Shown here: positions 13,027-25,636 of the stretch, piece by piece | Layout of the letters: each line of letters starts with the position of its first letter | Position numbering within the stretch: position 1 is the stretch's first letter | Origin: Cetorhinus maximus | Lineage: Eukaryota | DNA: 64,000 bases | Direction of reading: 5' to 3' | Assembly (NCBI RefSeq): GCF_964194155.1 | Contig: NC_135893.1 | Location: 89,218,001 to 89,282,000, forward strand | Translations under genes and position numbers: made by a program | Notes under the pieces: model-generated | Seen by the model: the letters and a program-made list of their open reading frames with translations, nothing else | Database searches by the model: none | Told to the model about the DNA's origin: nothing

Positions 13027-13619
13027 GGGCAGAATTTTGCCCCTGGTGGGCGGGCTCGGCGGGGGCTATCGGGAAGTTGACCGCCGCCCATGATCGGCGC
13101 CGCACGGCGATTTCACGCTGGTGGGCCAATTATGGCCCACCCAGCATGAAATGTGAGCAACAGCGCTGCCTGTGCGGGGGTGGGGGGGGGAAAGAGTGCG
13201 AGCAGAACTTTGCACATGCGAGCGAGTGAGCATTGCATAATCTCCCTGAGGCACCCAGATGTCGAGATATATATAAGAAAATAAAAATGTAATAAAACAT
13301 GTCCCCCTCACGTGACTCTGTCACATGAGCAGGGACATGTTATTAGTGAAAAATAAAAGTTTTAAAAATTTTTTATTTGCTTTCGGAAACCTCATCCCAC
13401 CCGTGGATGAGGCTTCCAAAAAAAATTCAAAGGCCACTTGGCCTTTTCGCCTGCCCGCCAACCGTTAGGTGAAAAATTTACGTTAATTGATTACTTAGTG
13501 GCCTTAACCTTTTGGCCTTTTAATTGTCGAACTATCACGCTCGGCCAACGTCAACGCGCGTCACTTCACGCTCGAGTGGGCCGGGCACGTGCCCGCCCGT
13601 CGAGCAAAAAGTTCTGCCC
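13027..13619. mobile_element. PIF/Harbinger-like MITE
   Basis: TIRs GGGCAGAATTTT / AAAAGTTCTGCCC; 3-bp TSD CAG. Confidence 0.8.
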
Positions 13620-13833
13620 CAGATTTTTGGAGTGGTTCTAAGTGCAGTAAATGTACGACACCATCAACCACATACAGTGGCCATCCTGAGCCTTACACAT
13701 AGGCAACAAGCAGTATCAGAACAGTTAGGGGAGATAGCCAACAGCACAGGCATAGGGGCTTTTTGACCTAAAACGCCCCAAGAACAGATGGCCTGTATAA
13801 TGGGGGTGCAGGATGTGGAGTTGGAAATTTTAC

Positions 13834-13955
13834 CTATTTTTCTGGTAGTAGCTGATCTTGCGATGCCGTGGGAGGGCCTGATGACTTGATCACCAGTCTT
13901 GTGCAAGACTGGTGCTTCTGGTCGTGGCTGCTTGCTCCCATCAATTATCTCCGTT
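13834..13955 (-). CDS. PKD1: PKD1 exon 35-equivalent (poorly conserved loop), 122 nt
   Basis: Strong acceptor tttctcttcttcag|A ACG, donor ATA G|gtaaaa; open frame TEIIDGSKQPRPEAPVLHKTGDQVIRPSHGIARSATTRKI; phase 2/1 fits neighbours, but sequence similarity is weak. Confidence 0.7.
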
Positions 13956-14795
13956 CTGAAGAAGAGAAAGCAAAACCAGGCCGACGTGAGCATTTTCAGT
14001 CATGGTTTACACAGGACATTTTCATACCAAGTCTGCTTGACAAATGAAGGGCATCTGGTATTGTAATTGCAAACCTGGAGTTGGTAGATTTTCAGTTTGC
14101 CACGTGGATATAAAGCTGACATTACAGAAGAGATACCCGTATAGAAACAACCCAATTTAAAAAAAAAATTCTTCCATGAGATGTGGGCATCGCTGGTGAG
14201 GCCAGCATTTGGTGCCCATCCCTAATTGCCCTTGACCTGAGTGGCTTGTTAGGCCATTTCAGAGAACAGTTAAGAGTCAACCACATTGCTGTGGATCTGG
14301 AGTCACATGTAGGCCAGACCAGGTAAGGATGACAGATTTCCCTCCCTAAAGGGCATTAGTCAACCAGATGGGTTTTTTCTAACAATCAACAATAGTTGTC
14401 ATGGTCATCATTACTGAAGGTAGCTTTATATTCCAGATTTTTCTTTATGAATTGAGTTTAAATTTCACTGGCTTCCTTAGTGGGACTTGAACCCATGCAG
14501 CCCCTCCTATTGATTTCAATGCCAGATTTATGTCAGGCAAGTTGAAAATCTACCCCATGGACTTTCCAAACTCTAACTGTTACTGGAGAGAGCATTCGAA
14601 GCTCAAAATATTAACTCCTTGTGGATTTGCATCTACTAGCATTTTGGATAATAATGGTCATTTTATTCCTGTACACTAATTTCTGTTTGGAAAATTAGAC
14701 GTTCCTGTTGAGAAGATATCCTTAAGCCATTGTCAGTGGCAAATTGATACTTGACATTGCAGTGAAATAGGGACAGATTTTCACGACATACTCAC

Positions 14796-14904
14796 AGGTT
14801 AGATATTAAGTGACTCTCAGCATCTAGTGAGACCCTGCCACTGTCGTATGAGGTAGACACCTCATTGTTTCCGTCAAAGTTAATTCTTTGTATCAGGTGT
14901 TCAT
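14796..14904 (-). CDS. PKD1: PKD1 exon 34-equivalent, 109 nt
   Basis: tccctcag|AT GAA...AAC CT|gtgagt; DEHLIQRINFDGNNEVSTSYDSGRVSLDAESHLISNL; phase 1/2. Confidence 0.88.
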
Positions 14905-15475
14905 CTGAGGGAAACAATGCATCAAAGTGTAGATGGAAATGACTTGCTAATACACGAGCAGAAATGGAAGCAAAGCGTATTACATAGGATTACATTGTAG
15001 GTACAGCACAGAAACCGGCCATTCAGCCCAACCAGTCCATGCCAGTGTTTATGCTCCACTCGAGCCTCATACTATCTTTCCTCCTCTAACTCTATCAGCA
15101 TAAACCTCTATTCCCTTCTCTCTCATATGCTTATCCAGCCTTCGCTTAAAATGCATCTATACCTCTCGCTTCAACCACGCTCTGTGATAGCAAGTTCCAT
15201 ATTCTCACCATTCTCTGGGTAAGGAAGTGTCTTCTGAATTCCCAATTGGATTTCTTGATGACTAATTTTGCTCTTCCCCACAAGAGGAGACATTCTCTCT
15301 GTATCCAGCCTATCAAAACCTTTCAGAATTTTAAAGACCTCTATTAGGTCACGCCTCAAGCTCATCTTTTCAAGTGAAAAAGGGCCCAGCCTGTTCATTC
15401 ACCTGATAGATATACCTCTTGCATTTCTGGTATCGTCCTTGTAAATCTTTTTTGTACCCTCTCCAATGCCCCTAT

Positions 15476-16094
15476 GGCCTGGATTTTTCCTACGGTGGGT
15501 GGGCTGGGCGAGAACAGGCTGGGGTGGGCGTGGAGCCAATCGCCACCTGCGATCGGCTGTGAGCCGCCATTTTACACGGGTGGGCCAATTAAGGCCCGCC
15601 CAGCGCAACGCGTGGCCGGTAGCGCTCAGTGCTACCTGTGCAGGCAGGGGGAGGAGGGAGAGTCGTGGCCTGCACTCTTTCATGCATGCACGCGGAAGAG
15701 CGCAGCAATCTCCCTGAGGCAGCTCCGTGCCTCAGGGAGATTGAATGGTTGTGGAAATTAATAAAGAATGGATTTAAAAATTTATTCATGTGACAGTGTC
15801 ACATGAGTTAGGGCATGTTTGTAAAGGTGGGAATATTAATTTATTGATTTTATAAAAGTTTCAGGAAAACTCATCCCTTAAGGTTGGACGGGCAGCGTTC
15901 TTAATTCCTATAATTACTTTCTCAATGGCCTTAACATTCTGGTGGGCACGCAGCCAACTTTGGCACACACCCACCGAACGAAATATCACGATGGCGCGCA
16001 ATGAAGTCAGGACGCACGCTCAATGTCATCGCACGTCATTTTACGCGTCAGCATGTCGGGCCCGCCCCCGCACGCCAACCGGAAGATTCTGCCC
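15476..16094. mobile_element. PIF/Harbinger-like MITE splitting a CR1 fragment
   Basis: Ends GGCCTGGATTTT / AAGATTCTGCCC; TSD TAT; host CR1 sequence ctccaatgcccc-tat-atcttttt rejoins on removal. Confidence 0.8.
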
Positions 16095-17391
16095 TATATC
16101 TTTTTTATATGACATGGAAACCTGATTGTACACAGTACTCCTTGGTCCAACCATCTACTTCGTTGAACTGTGAGTTGTTGGCCTTTCAAAAAAAAAATCA
16201 AAATGCTCTGTATTTGCAAAATGACTGCATGTACATATGACAAAATATTTCTATTGTGTTACAGGCTCAGAGCAAGAGGAACAATTCATAATACGTGGGG
16301 AAGAAGATTGAACTCTCCCATGTCGCATTCAAGGAGTGCTAACTAGTTAATATTCAGGAATGAATAGTAAAATATACAGTAATTATCCTCCCTGCTAAAA
16401 TCAAGGAACAGTTGGGGCTTGTTTAGACAGGGCTGAAAAGTGGAGTTGAGGTCAAAGGTCAGCCATGATTTTACTGAGTGGCGGAGCAGGCTTGAGGGGC
16501 CGAATGGCCTACTCCAGCTCCTAGTTCTCGTGTTCTTTTGTGATCCCATAGTTGGGTGTTCCCGGAGAGAGCAGCCCAAGAAACTGTGGGCCTGCAGCCT
16601 ATCTATCAGATTTAATGGAAGCAAGATCCCAGGTCGCATGCTCTTTACTGGGAGCACTAGATCACACAACCAACTCTCATGATGTCTTTGGATCTTTTTG
16701 ACCACTTTTCCACAAAAAGAACGTGGAGAAAAAGTTTGTGAGAATGCTATTCAATTAAAGAAAAAAGCAAGTGTCTTCTTGCAAGTTTTTTTTTTATAAA
16801 GGGAGGAACCTTGAAGAAAGGCGTTTAATGTGATAATCAGAAACTGCCAAATAACAAGCAGATTGTTAGCCTGTCTCAATACCTAGAAACCATTGTGTAG
16901 CAAATCCTTTACAAACATGCAAAATAGGAACGGGAGTAGGCCATTCAGCCTGTCGAGTCTGCTCCACCATTCAATTAGATCATGGCTGATCTGTTTGTAC
17001 TATTAATTCCACATTCCCATCTACCCTCAATAACCTTTGATTCCCTTGCCTAACAAGAATCTATCTACCTCTGCCTTAAAGATATTCAATGACCCCGCCT
17101 CCACTGCCTTCTGAGGCAGAGGATTCCAAAGTTTGATCTCTGACAGCTTCTAAGAGCTGGCAATTATCGCATTGCTGCTTGAGGGAGTTTGCTGTTTGCT
17201 AATTGGCTACTGCCTCTCCTAAATTCCAACGGTGACTACACTTCAAAAACACTTCACCAGCTTAAAAAAAGTGAGGTCATGAAAGGCGATACGCAAATGC
17301 AAGTCCTTCCTTTCTCTTTTACTGCTTCATCGAAGCCCTCGATTGCCCTCTCACGGAAGTTCAATACTTTTGTAGCAGTGTAAAAGCTTAC

Positions 17392-17594
17392 CTGAAGTGG
17401 AGAAGCATTTGCTCCTGACCTGATCGAAACCAAGCGAGAGGGGCTCATCGTCTGAACTCAGCTGCATCTCTATCCCGAGGTGGCGGGTCCCTCGTCCTCT
17501 CCTTAGCTTTGGAATGTTACTGCCTATAATGGACTGATCATTCAGCAAATCTGGCCAATTCATCATGTTGTCATAGGCAGGCCAGGTCGGCAGG
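17392..17594 (-). CDS. PKD1: PKD1 exon 33-equivalent, 203 nt
   Basis: acccacag|C CTG...TCA G|gtaagc; LPTWP...NWPDLLNDQSIIGSNIPKL...KCFSTS; phase 2/1. Confidence 0.93.
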
Positions 17595-17864
17595 CTGTGG
17601 GTGAACACGAAGCCTCAGCAGTTGTGTTACAGCAATTAGAACAAAAGCCACTCGACTCGCCAACATAAACACTTGGGCACCCTCCTGGGAGCTTTCCCCC
17701 TTTTCTTTTTGAAAAGAAAATGCAGAAGTCCACAAATTAAGAGCAATTGTGACTGGGGACAATATTATTAGCCTCAGATAACCCGGACAAAGGAGAAGGG
17801 GAAAATAATAAACCAACCTGACTGCTATCCTGCTGGAAAATGTGGCTGCATAGACGTCAGGTTT

Positions 17865-18485
17865 CAACAACAATGTATATTCATATAGTGCCGTTAATGT
17901 AACAAAACATCCCAAGGTGCTTCATAGGAGCATTATGAAACAACACAGGACACCGAGCTACATGAGGAGATATTAGGGCAGATGACCAAAAGCTTGGTCA
18001 AAGAGGTAGGTTTTGGGAAGTGTCTTAAAGGAGGAAAGCAAGATAGAGAGGCGAAGAGGTCTGGGGAGGGAATTCCAGAGCTTAGAGCCTAAGCAATTGA
18101 AGGGTGCAGTCACCAATAGTAGAGTGATTAAAATTGGGGATATTCAAGAGGCCAGAATTAGAGGAACGCAGGTATCTCGGAGAGGTGTGTGAGGCTGGAA
18201 GCGATTGCAGAGATGGGGAGAGGTGAGGCCACAAAAGGGATTTGAAAACAAGAATGAGAATTTGGAAATAAAGATGTTGCTTGACCGGGAGCTAATATAG
18301 GCCAGCGAGCACAGGGGTGATAGGTGAATGGAGCTTAGGGAGAGTTAGGAGGCGGGCAACAGAGTTTTGGATGTGACTTTGAATTTACAGAGGGTAGAAT
18401 GTGGGAACCCAGGCAGGAGAATTAGAATAGTCAAGTCTAAACGTAATGAAGGCATGGATGAGGGTTTCCCCAGCAGATGACAGGA
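17865..18485 (-). mobile_element. L2-type LINE 3' fragment
   Basis: Tail caacaacaa...tatagtgccgttaatg...cccaaggtgcttca; repeated at ~35425-35700, 47220-47460, 58640-59065(+) and 63630-63915. Confidence 0.65.
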
Positions 18486-19477
18486 GAGGATAGGACCCTG
18501 GCTATGATTGTGTCCATCAACAAAGAGCTTGCTAACACTAGCTAAGTAGTAAAAGACCCATTGGATGAGATAACTGGATGCCAGCTGCCATTTTTGGAAC
18601 AGCACTTCAGCATTAGGAGAAATATCAGGGGATAAAAGGATTGAAACTTTAAATGCAGAAGGTGATTAATGAAATTTTTTTTAAAAATAAATACCTTTAT
18701 ATCTGTGACAATCCCTTTCTGAGACAGAGGTTAGGAGGTGTACAGGAATGGTCCCAGGATGATCTGAATTCAGCCAGCTGACTGACAGCCACTCAGTTAT
18801 TCCTCACAAAGATGCAGCTGACATCTGAGCCAAAGTGTGTCCTGGGGGCTGTGGCCCTCCATTGTTCAGTTGCTGAATTGGTTATCTGTAAGTTTTATAA
18901 ACAGTTCAGGGAGAAGGGAAGGGGTTCCAGGCAGGAGCTGGCTCTACCAGGGGTAGGGTTCCACAGCCAGTACCTCATCCAAATTGGAATTCTTCATGCG
19001 CGAACTTTATCCCCAAGTCCAATGGTCACTAGGCTAAGCTTCAGCCTGTCCTTATCCCAGCTTGGCAACCCTAACCCTAACCACTTACTAGTGAATACTA
19101 TAGAAATTAGCGGGAGCACTCACTAATTCCACTCTCCCCACCCTTGGCCAAGTGACAGTGGTCAGACATCGCAACCCCTCCTCCTCCTCACTTCTGCTCC
19201 AGCTGAAACTAGCTTATGTATTAGGGGACCTGGGACCTCTTGTGGTCCTCATGACACAGTATGCGGCACATTTAACAACCAAACAGTTCTCTCCTCAAAA
19301 GAAATGCAATAAGGTTTAAGGGAGATGAGTCTTCTTCTCAAAAGAAAATCTCAAAGAAACATTGAGCTGACAGTAACTGACAAAATTCTCTTCTCTACAA
19401 GAACTTGGATCTTTCTCCCAAGTAAAACAGAAGCAGTGATGAAAAAGAACTGAGATGAATACTAAAGGCACACTGAC

Positions 19478-19518
19478 CTCTTGGCAATTATATCGGACTT
19501 CAGCTTCTCTTTGTAATC
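19478..19518 (-). CDS. PKD1: PKD1 exon 32-equivalent (mini-exon), 41 nt
   Basis: taatttag|GAT TAC...AAG AG|gtcagt; DYKEKLKSDIIAK (cf. recalled human MKSDL); phase 0/2 is exactly what is needed to bridge exons 31 and 33. Confidence 0.8.
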
Positions 19519-21074
19519 CTAAATTAACAGAAGAAAATTAATTGATATTTTTTAAAGATTAAAGAATATCTATAATTACAGAAGGGAGGGAAGGGCCTCT
19601 TCAGTGGCATGTTTTAGGGTGCAGTTCAGACGCCAGCTTGGCATTGGGCAAAAGTGCTTTCATCTGTGTAGCAACGCAAAACATGCCATTTTCCAATCTC
19701 ACGCAAGCTCATTACAACCAAGCAGCCAAAGATGCCCTCCAAGCAGGGAGGTTATCTTACAGTGATGGCAGAATAACTCCAGTTTAGTGTGAAGCCAAGG
19801 CTTGCTTAGGAACTTTCAACATCTTGCAAACAGCAATGAGATAAATAACCAATCATGTGTCTTAGTAACGTTGGCTGGGGGATAAGTGTTGGCCAGGACA
19901 CTGGAAAGAACACGCCTGCTCTTCTTAAAATTCTGCCATGGGATCTTAGATGTCCACCTGACTGGGCAAAATGTCTCATCTGAAAGACAGTAACTCTGAC
20001 AGTGCAGCATTCCCTCAGTACTACATTGGGAGTGTCAGCCTGGATTTTCTGCTCTGGAGTGGGATTTGAACCCACAACCTTTTGGCTCCTCCCCTAAAGG
20101 GGCACTGACATTATGAAAAACTTGAGTGATGATACAAATGGCCATTGAGGTGCACCTTTATATCACTTGTAAGTGGTTTTATTGTAACTAAATTGACACC
20201 GAGGAACTTGCCTTTATAGAGCAGCTTATTAAACATCAGAAAGCAGTGCAAATTGTGAGTTGCTGTGACTCGTGTAGATAAATGTCCTGATTTGCTAATC
20301 AGGAAGAGTGTGTGAAATACGTTGAAGTATTTCATGTGGCTAAATGGGTTAAATTATGAGGTCAAGTTGCATAGGTGAGGCTTGTATCAATTGGGTATAG
20401 AAGATTAAGGGGTGATCTAATTGAGGTGTTTAAGATGATGAAAGGAATTGACAGGGTAGATAGAGCAAGTTCGTAGCACCCTCGCCTTTGAATCAGAGGG
20501 TTGTGGGTTCATGTCCCACTCCTGGAAAAACCAAGAACTGTGATTGTACTCGAAAGAAGTTGCAATCTGTGACTGTTGGTAACTCGAAAGAGTTTCCTCT
20601 GGTGGGGGAGGTGTCACCTTAAATGAGAGCCAGAACAGGACCCAAAAAGATGTTGAGGTTGGGGTCAATTGGAAAATTTCAGAACTAAAATTGGCATAAA
20701 TCTTGCTAAGTAAGGGTATTAAGGGTTTCAGGTGGAGTTAAAGTTTGGATCAGGCATGATCTAATGGAATAGCAGGGCAGGTTCAAGGGGATGAATTGCC
20801 TCCTCCTGTTTCTGTGAAAATAGTGCCTATGCTTAAAAGCAAATGCTGCAAATTAACTTTGTGAGCATTGGTAGCTTCGTGGAATGACCTCAGCATGGCT
20901 GCTTGTGTATTTCAAAAGAGGCTGCGCAAGTCTTGATGTCAGTGAAGGAATGGATATTGCATGTGAAGGAATGTGTTGAGAGATAGAGCAGGCTAGTAGG
21001 GTAAATCAACTAATTTATCGCATGTGTAAGGTCATTAGTTGTGGAACACACAGTGGCTAAAATCTTTGACTTAC

Positions 21075-21188
21075 CTCCTCCAGATTATCCGCAAAGGTCA
21101 AGAAAGAGCTGCCTGCTGTTGAGGAGTTGATGTAATCATCGATTTCTAGCACGTTTGATTCAAGCTGACTGGGGTCATTCATAGCTAC
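21075..21188 (-). CDS. PKD1: PKD1 exon 31-equivalent (cytoplasmic loop), 114 nt
   Basis: ttctacag|GTA GCT...GAG|gtaagt; VAMNDPSQLESNVLEIDDYINSSTAGSSFLTFADNLEE; phase 0/0. Confidence 0.92.
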
Positions 21189-23424
21189 CTGTAGAAATAA
21201 AGCAAATATTAGCCGGATATGAATTGCATCATTCCCAGTTTTTTTTTCTGAAATCTGTGCTCTAAAATAACTTCACCACGTTACTGGAATGTGTTCTTTG
21301 ACCTACCTCCAAATGAGGCAGTAAATGTCTGGTAACTATGGGTTGTGCTATATAGTAGCACCAAGGGAATACAACAGCATTGCTCTGCAATGTACTTTCC
21401 CAATGACTGCTGCAGTACAATTAAATATCATCTAAACTAGATGGGGGATCTTGATTGTTTACAAGTCCTTTTATTGAAATCAGCAGTGGTAATAAAGGAT
21501 TTAATTTGGCTTTTGTATTGAAGCAGCAGTACATTCTGCTGAAGCATCACATTATCTAAAACTCTGTATTCTGTAGAGTTTAAAAGAATGAGAGGTGATC
21601 TCATTGAAACGTACAAAGTTCTTAAAGAGCTTGACAAGAAGGATACTTTCCCCCAGTTGGCGGGGAGGGGTCTAGAACCAGAGGACCCAGTCTCAGAATA
21701 AGGAGTAGGCCATTTAGGACTGAGATAAAGAGGAATTTCTTCACTCAGAGGGTGGTGAATCTTTGGAATTCTCTACCCCAGAGGGCTGTGGAAGCTCAGT
21801 CATTGAGTATGTTCAAGACTGAGATCTATAGATTTCTAGATATTAAAGCCATCAAGGGATATGGGGATAGTGTGGGAAAATGTCATTGAGGCAGAAGAGC
21901 AGCCATGATCTAGTTGAGTGGTGGAGCAGGCTCGAGGGTAATGAATGGCCTACTCCTGCTCCTATTTCCTATGTTCCTATGTCACAAACATAAATCCAAT
22001 GAGGAGATGGTAAACTGAGGTTTTTCCAGATGGAGGACGTAAAAAAAAATCCCACAACGCTTTTCAAAATGGAACGGGGAGTGCTCTCTGTCTCCTCACC
22101 GGCATTCCTTCTCCAATCACCACCACTAAAACCAGACCTGACGAGAGGTCATTGTTCTGTTAACTTGTTTCTCTCTCCACCGATGCTGCTTGATCTGCTG
22201 AATATTTTCAGTTTCTATTCTATTAAAACCTAATAATTCACCTAACTTTGTATGTTTACAATGACTGTCACGCTTTGTTTACATAGCAATACTTGGCTAC
22301 ACGATTAGGAACCATATAAATGCAAGTTCTTTACTGTACCTTATACGTCTCTTTATTTTCCTCTATGTTCCCCTTACTCCCAGCAATCCTTTGATTTCTA
22401 AGCAAAGGGGAATTCTTTAAAGAAGTTATATTTGGCAATGCCAGCCAGACAGGTTAGATGCCTGGTTGCTGGTTCCCGCTCCAACAAGGTATGAGAGTAT
22501 TGCAAATCTGGCCTTCTGTAGATCCAGGAGGGCCAGTTATCAGAGGATACAGATTTAAGCTGATTGACAAAAGGGGCAGAGGTGACATGAGGAATTTTTT
22601 AAAAACACAATGAGTTGTTTTGACCTGGAATGCACCGCCTGAAAGCACTTTCTTCAGTAATTTTCAAAACAGAATTGGGTACGTACTTGAAGGGAAAACC
22701 TTTACAGGGCTATGGAGAAAGCAGGTGAGTGAGGCGGACTAGATTGCTCTGCTAAAGAGTCAGCACAGGCATCATGGATCGAATGTCCTCCTTATGTGTT
22801 TATTGTTCTGTGATACTATACCTTCTTGCATTCAGTCATATCACCTGCTTCCAAAGTCAATCTCAGGGTCTTACTTCCATGGAAGCCGACTCACACGGCC
22901 CTACATCTACTTGTACAATAATGGGTCCCAATGTTAGAACAGTGAAGCCTCCTTGTGAACTGGACTGGATCTCCATATTGTTCACATGTGTATTTATTCA
23001 ATAACTCCAAAAATGGGCCTATTGAACACTTCTTGAGCTTTGTTGAAATTCCCTAAGCAGCTTTACTTCACAGTAAGGGGCACACATAGAGTAATGGTTA
23101 TGGTGAGTCATGTAGTTCGACTGATTCAGTTTATCTTTGCATAATGATAGAAAAATAATGGCTGTGGCGAGAAGTGGATTAAGATCTTTGGAAATGAGAT
23201 ATACACAAGGAATCCACTCCTTCCACAAGGTTTGTGCTATCGATTCCATGGTGGACTCTATCCTGCCTCTCTTGGGGGAAAGTTTTGTGCAAGTATGTCC
23301 TGATCCCCAAAAGTAATAAAGCAAAAATTCAGAGCATTCACCAATCCTCACATCCCTGCAATTCAAATGTAGACCACAGCCATTCACAGTAGGCCAACTT
23401 CAGGAGCACAGGAACCATCATATA

Positions 23425-23915
23425 CGAACATGCGAATGGCCATTCAGCCCCTTGAACCTGTTCTACCATTCAATAAGATCAGAGCTGACCTGATTGTGGC
23501 CTCAACTCCACCTACATCCAATAAACCTTTAACTCCCTTGTTAGTCAAGAATCTACCTACCTCTGCCTTAAAAATATTCATTGACCCTGCCTCCACTGCT
23601 CTCTGGGGAAGAGAGTTCCAAAGATGCATGACCCCCTGAGAGAAAAAATTTCTTCTCACCTCCATCTTAAATGGGAGATCCCTTATTTTTAAACTGTGTC
23701 CCCTAATTCTAGTCTCTCCCACAAGTGGAAGCATTCTTTCAGCTTCCACTTTGTAAAGTCTCCTCAGGGTCTTATATGTTTCAATAAGATCACCTCTCAA
23801 TCTTCTAAAATTCAATGGGATAGAGGCCCAACCTGTCCAACCTCTGCTTGTAAGGTAGCCCCCCCATCTCAGTTATCAGTCGAGTGAACCTTCTCTGAAC
23901 TGCTTCTAATGGAGT
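23425..23915 (-). mobile_element. CR1 3' fragment (representative of many short copies)
   Basis: RRLRGDLIETYK...RNFFSQGVMHLWNSLPQRAVEA. Similar fragments at ~86-450, 6565-6915, 8115-8340, 8805-9365, 14985-15475, 21570-21985, 24335-24630, 33560-33790, 54765-55155 and 62080-62330. Confidence 0.85.
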
Positions 23916-24173
23916 AAGTTCTAATATGGAGTGTTTTATGGTCTGAATCTATACCTATCCCTATAATCATTAGTCCCATTCTCCACCAGGCATTTATCCA
24001 GCAACCTTTTGAAGGGAACTGATACAAGACTGATGTTGCTTGTTAGGAGTTGGTTCTATCACTCTGCACCTTCAGAAAAGGTGACACTGAACTCCAAACC
24101 TGAGAGAACAGGATAAACACTCAGCTCACAGAGGAAAAGGATTACAATCCAGGTGAGAGATGTTTGAGCTTAC

Positions 24174-24300
24174 CCTGCTCCGAGATTTGCGGAAGAGCAA
24201 AATGATGATTAGATAGACTGGATAGATGATGATACTGGATACAATGCCAGCCGCCACACTCTCTCCACTCAGAGGAATCAGCGTTGAAACTGGAACATCA
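24174..24300 (-). CDS. PKD1: PKD1 exon 30-equivalent (TM3), 127 nt
   Basis: tcccccag|T GAT...AGG|gtaagc; DVPVSTLIPLSGESVAAGIVSSIIIYPVYLIIILLFRKSRSR; phase 2/0. Confidence 0.95.
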
Positions 24301-25425
24301 CTGGGGGAAATAAGTTCATGTATTCATACAATTATTTGTTTAGGCATAGTGTAAGATCCTTGAATAAGCTACTGGAGAGAAAGCCATTTAGGAGTGAAAT
24401 CAGGAAGCACTTTTTCCACACAAAGCGTTGCAAAAATCTGGGACTCCCTCCTTTAAAATGCTGTGGAAGCTGGGGCCAATGGAAAGTGTCAAGAGAGATT
24501 TTTATGAGGTAAGGATATCAAAGGATATGGAGCAAAGCCGAGTACATGGAGTTAAGATGCAACTCAGCCATGATTTAATTGAATAGTAGGACAAGCTTGA
24601 GGGGCTAAATGGCTCACTCACTGTTCCTATACAAACAACCCTCAGGTAAATTCCTCCCCTTCCCACCACTTTAACCCTCTGGATGCAAGCGGAGGTTTGC
24701 ACACTTCACCTTGTGGAGAAAAGGGAAGATTTGCTGCGCATTGATTAAGTCTTGCACAAGCCTACCCACAAGTTTATTGAAAATGGGAAAATCTGGAGTT
24801 TTTGATTAATATGATACCTGTACAAAATAGCACTGGAAATCCCCATTTTTATTTATTTGAAGCATTTAGAGGGATAGTGGGAGGTATAGATTTCTTCATA
24901 AAACCTCAAGAATTGTAAATTAATGTCAAAGTAGAGTACGTGGAACTGCATCTACACCCCTCCCATTGCCCCAGCAACGACGGAATGAAATGGAACTTTT
25001 TGGAAGAATATGCTTGAAATATAACTGTTCTCTATGATGGAACTGTGTGCCTAGTTAATCGTTCGGTGGTTATAATAGTAATCTTCTGGAATATGAATCC
25101 AGGTGACTAGCAACCCGCAGGTTGTGAGTCCGAAACCCATCACACCAAGCTGTGAATGGCAGTCAATAAATCTGGCAAGTTATGGTTTGACCCCAGAGAG
25201 AAAGACCGGGAAAGCCGGCAGATTGTCTTTAAAAACCCAACTTGTTCATTGTTTCCTTCAGGGAAGGGAGTCAGTCACACCCTACCCAGTCTTGCACTAC
25301 GTCACTGAATCTTAACGTTCTTTGAAGTAGCTTAACAAGCCAGAGGAAAATCCAATCCACTACCACCACTTCTCAGGGCAATGAACGAAGGTGCTTTGAT
25401 CAAAATAAAGAAGGATGGACGATAC

Positions 25426-25636
25426 CTTTTGCTTCCATCACTTATGATTCCGTACCACACTGCACCAGCACAGAAGAAGAGGTATATCAGTACAAGGCAG
25501 CAGGTCACCCTCTGGACTCTTGTGAAGCAGCTGCGAGGTGGACGATCCCAGATGGAGAGCCAAATATGACCCTCCGAGAATCCTCTTTGGATTTCCGCAG
25601 TGAATATGCGGGAAAAGTCCTTCAGTTTGGCCTCCG
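25426..25636 (-). CDS. PKD1: PKD1 exon 29-equivalent (TM2), 211 nt
   Basis: tgtatag|CG GAG...AAA AG|gtatcg; AEIQRGFSEGHIWLSIWDRPPRSCFTRVQRVTCC...AVWYG; phase 1/2. Confidence 0.96.
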
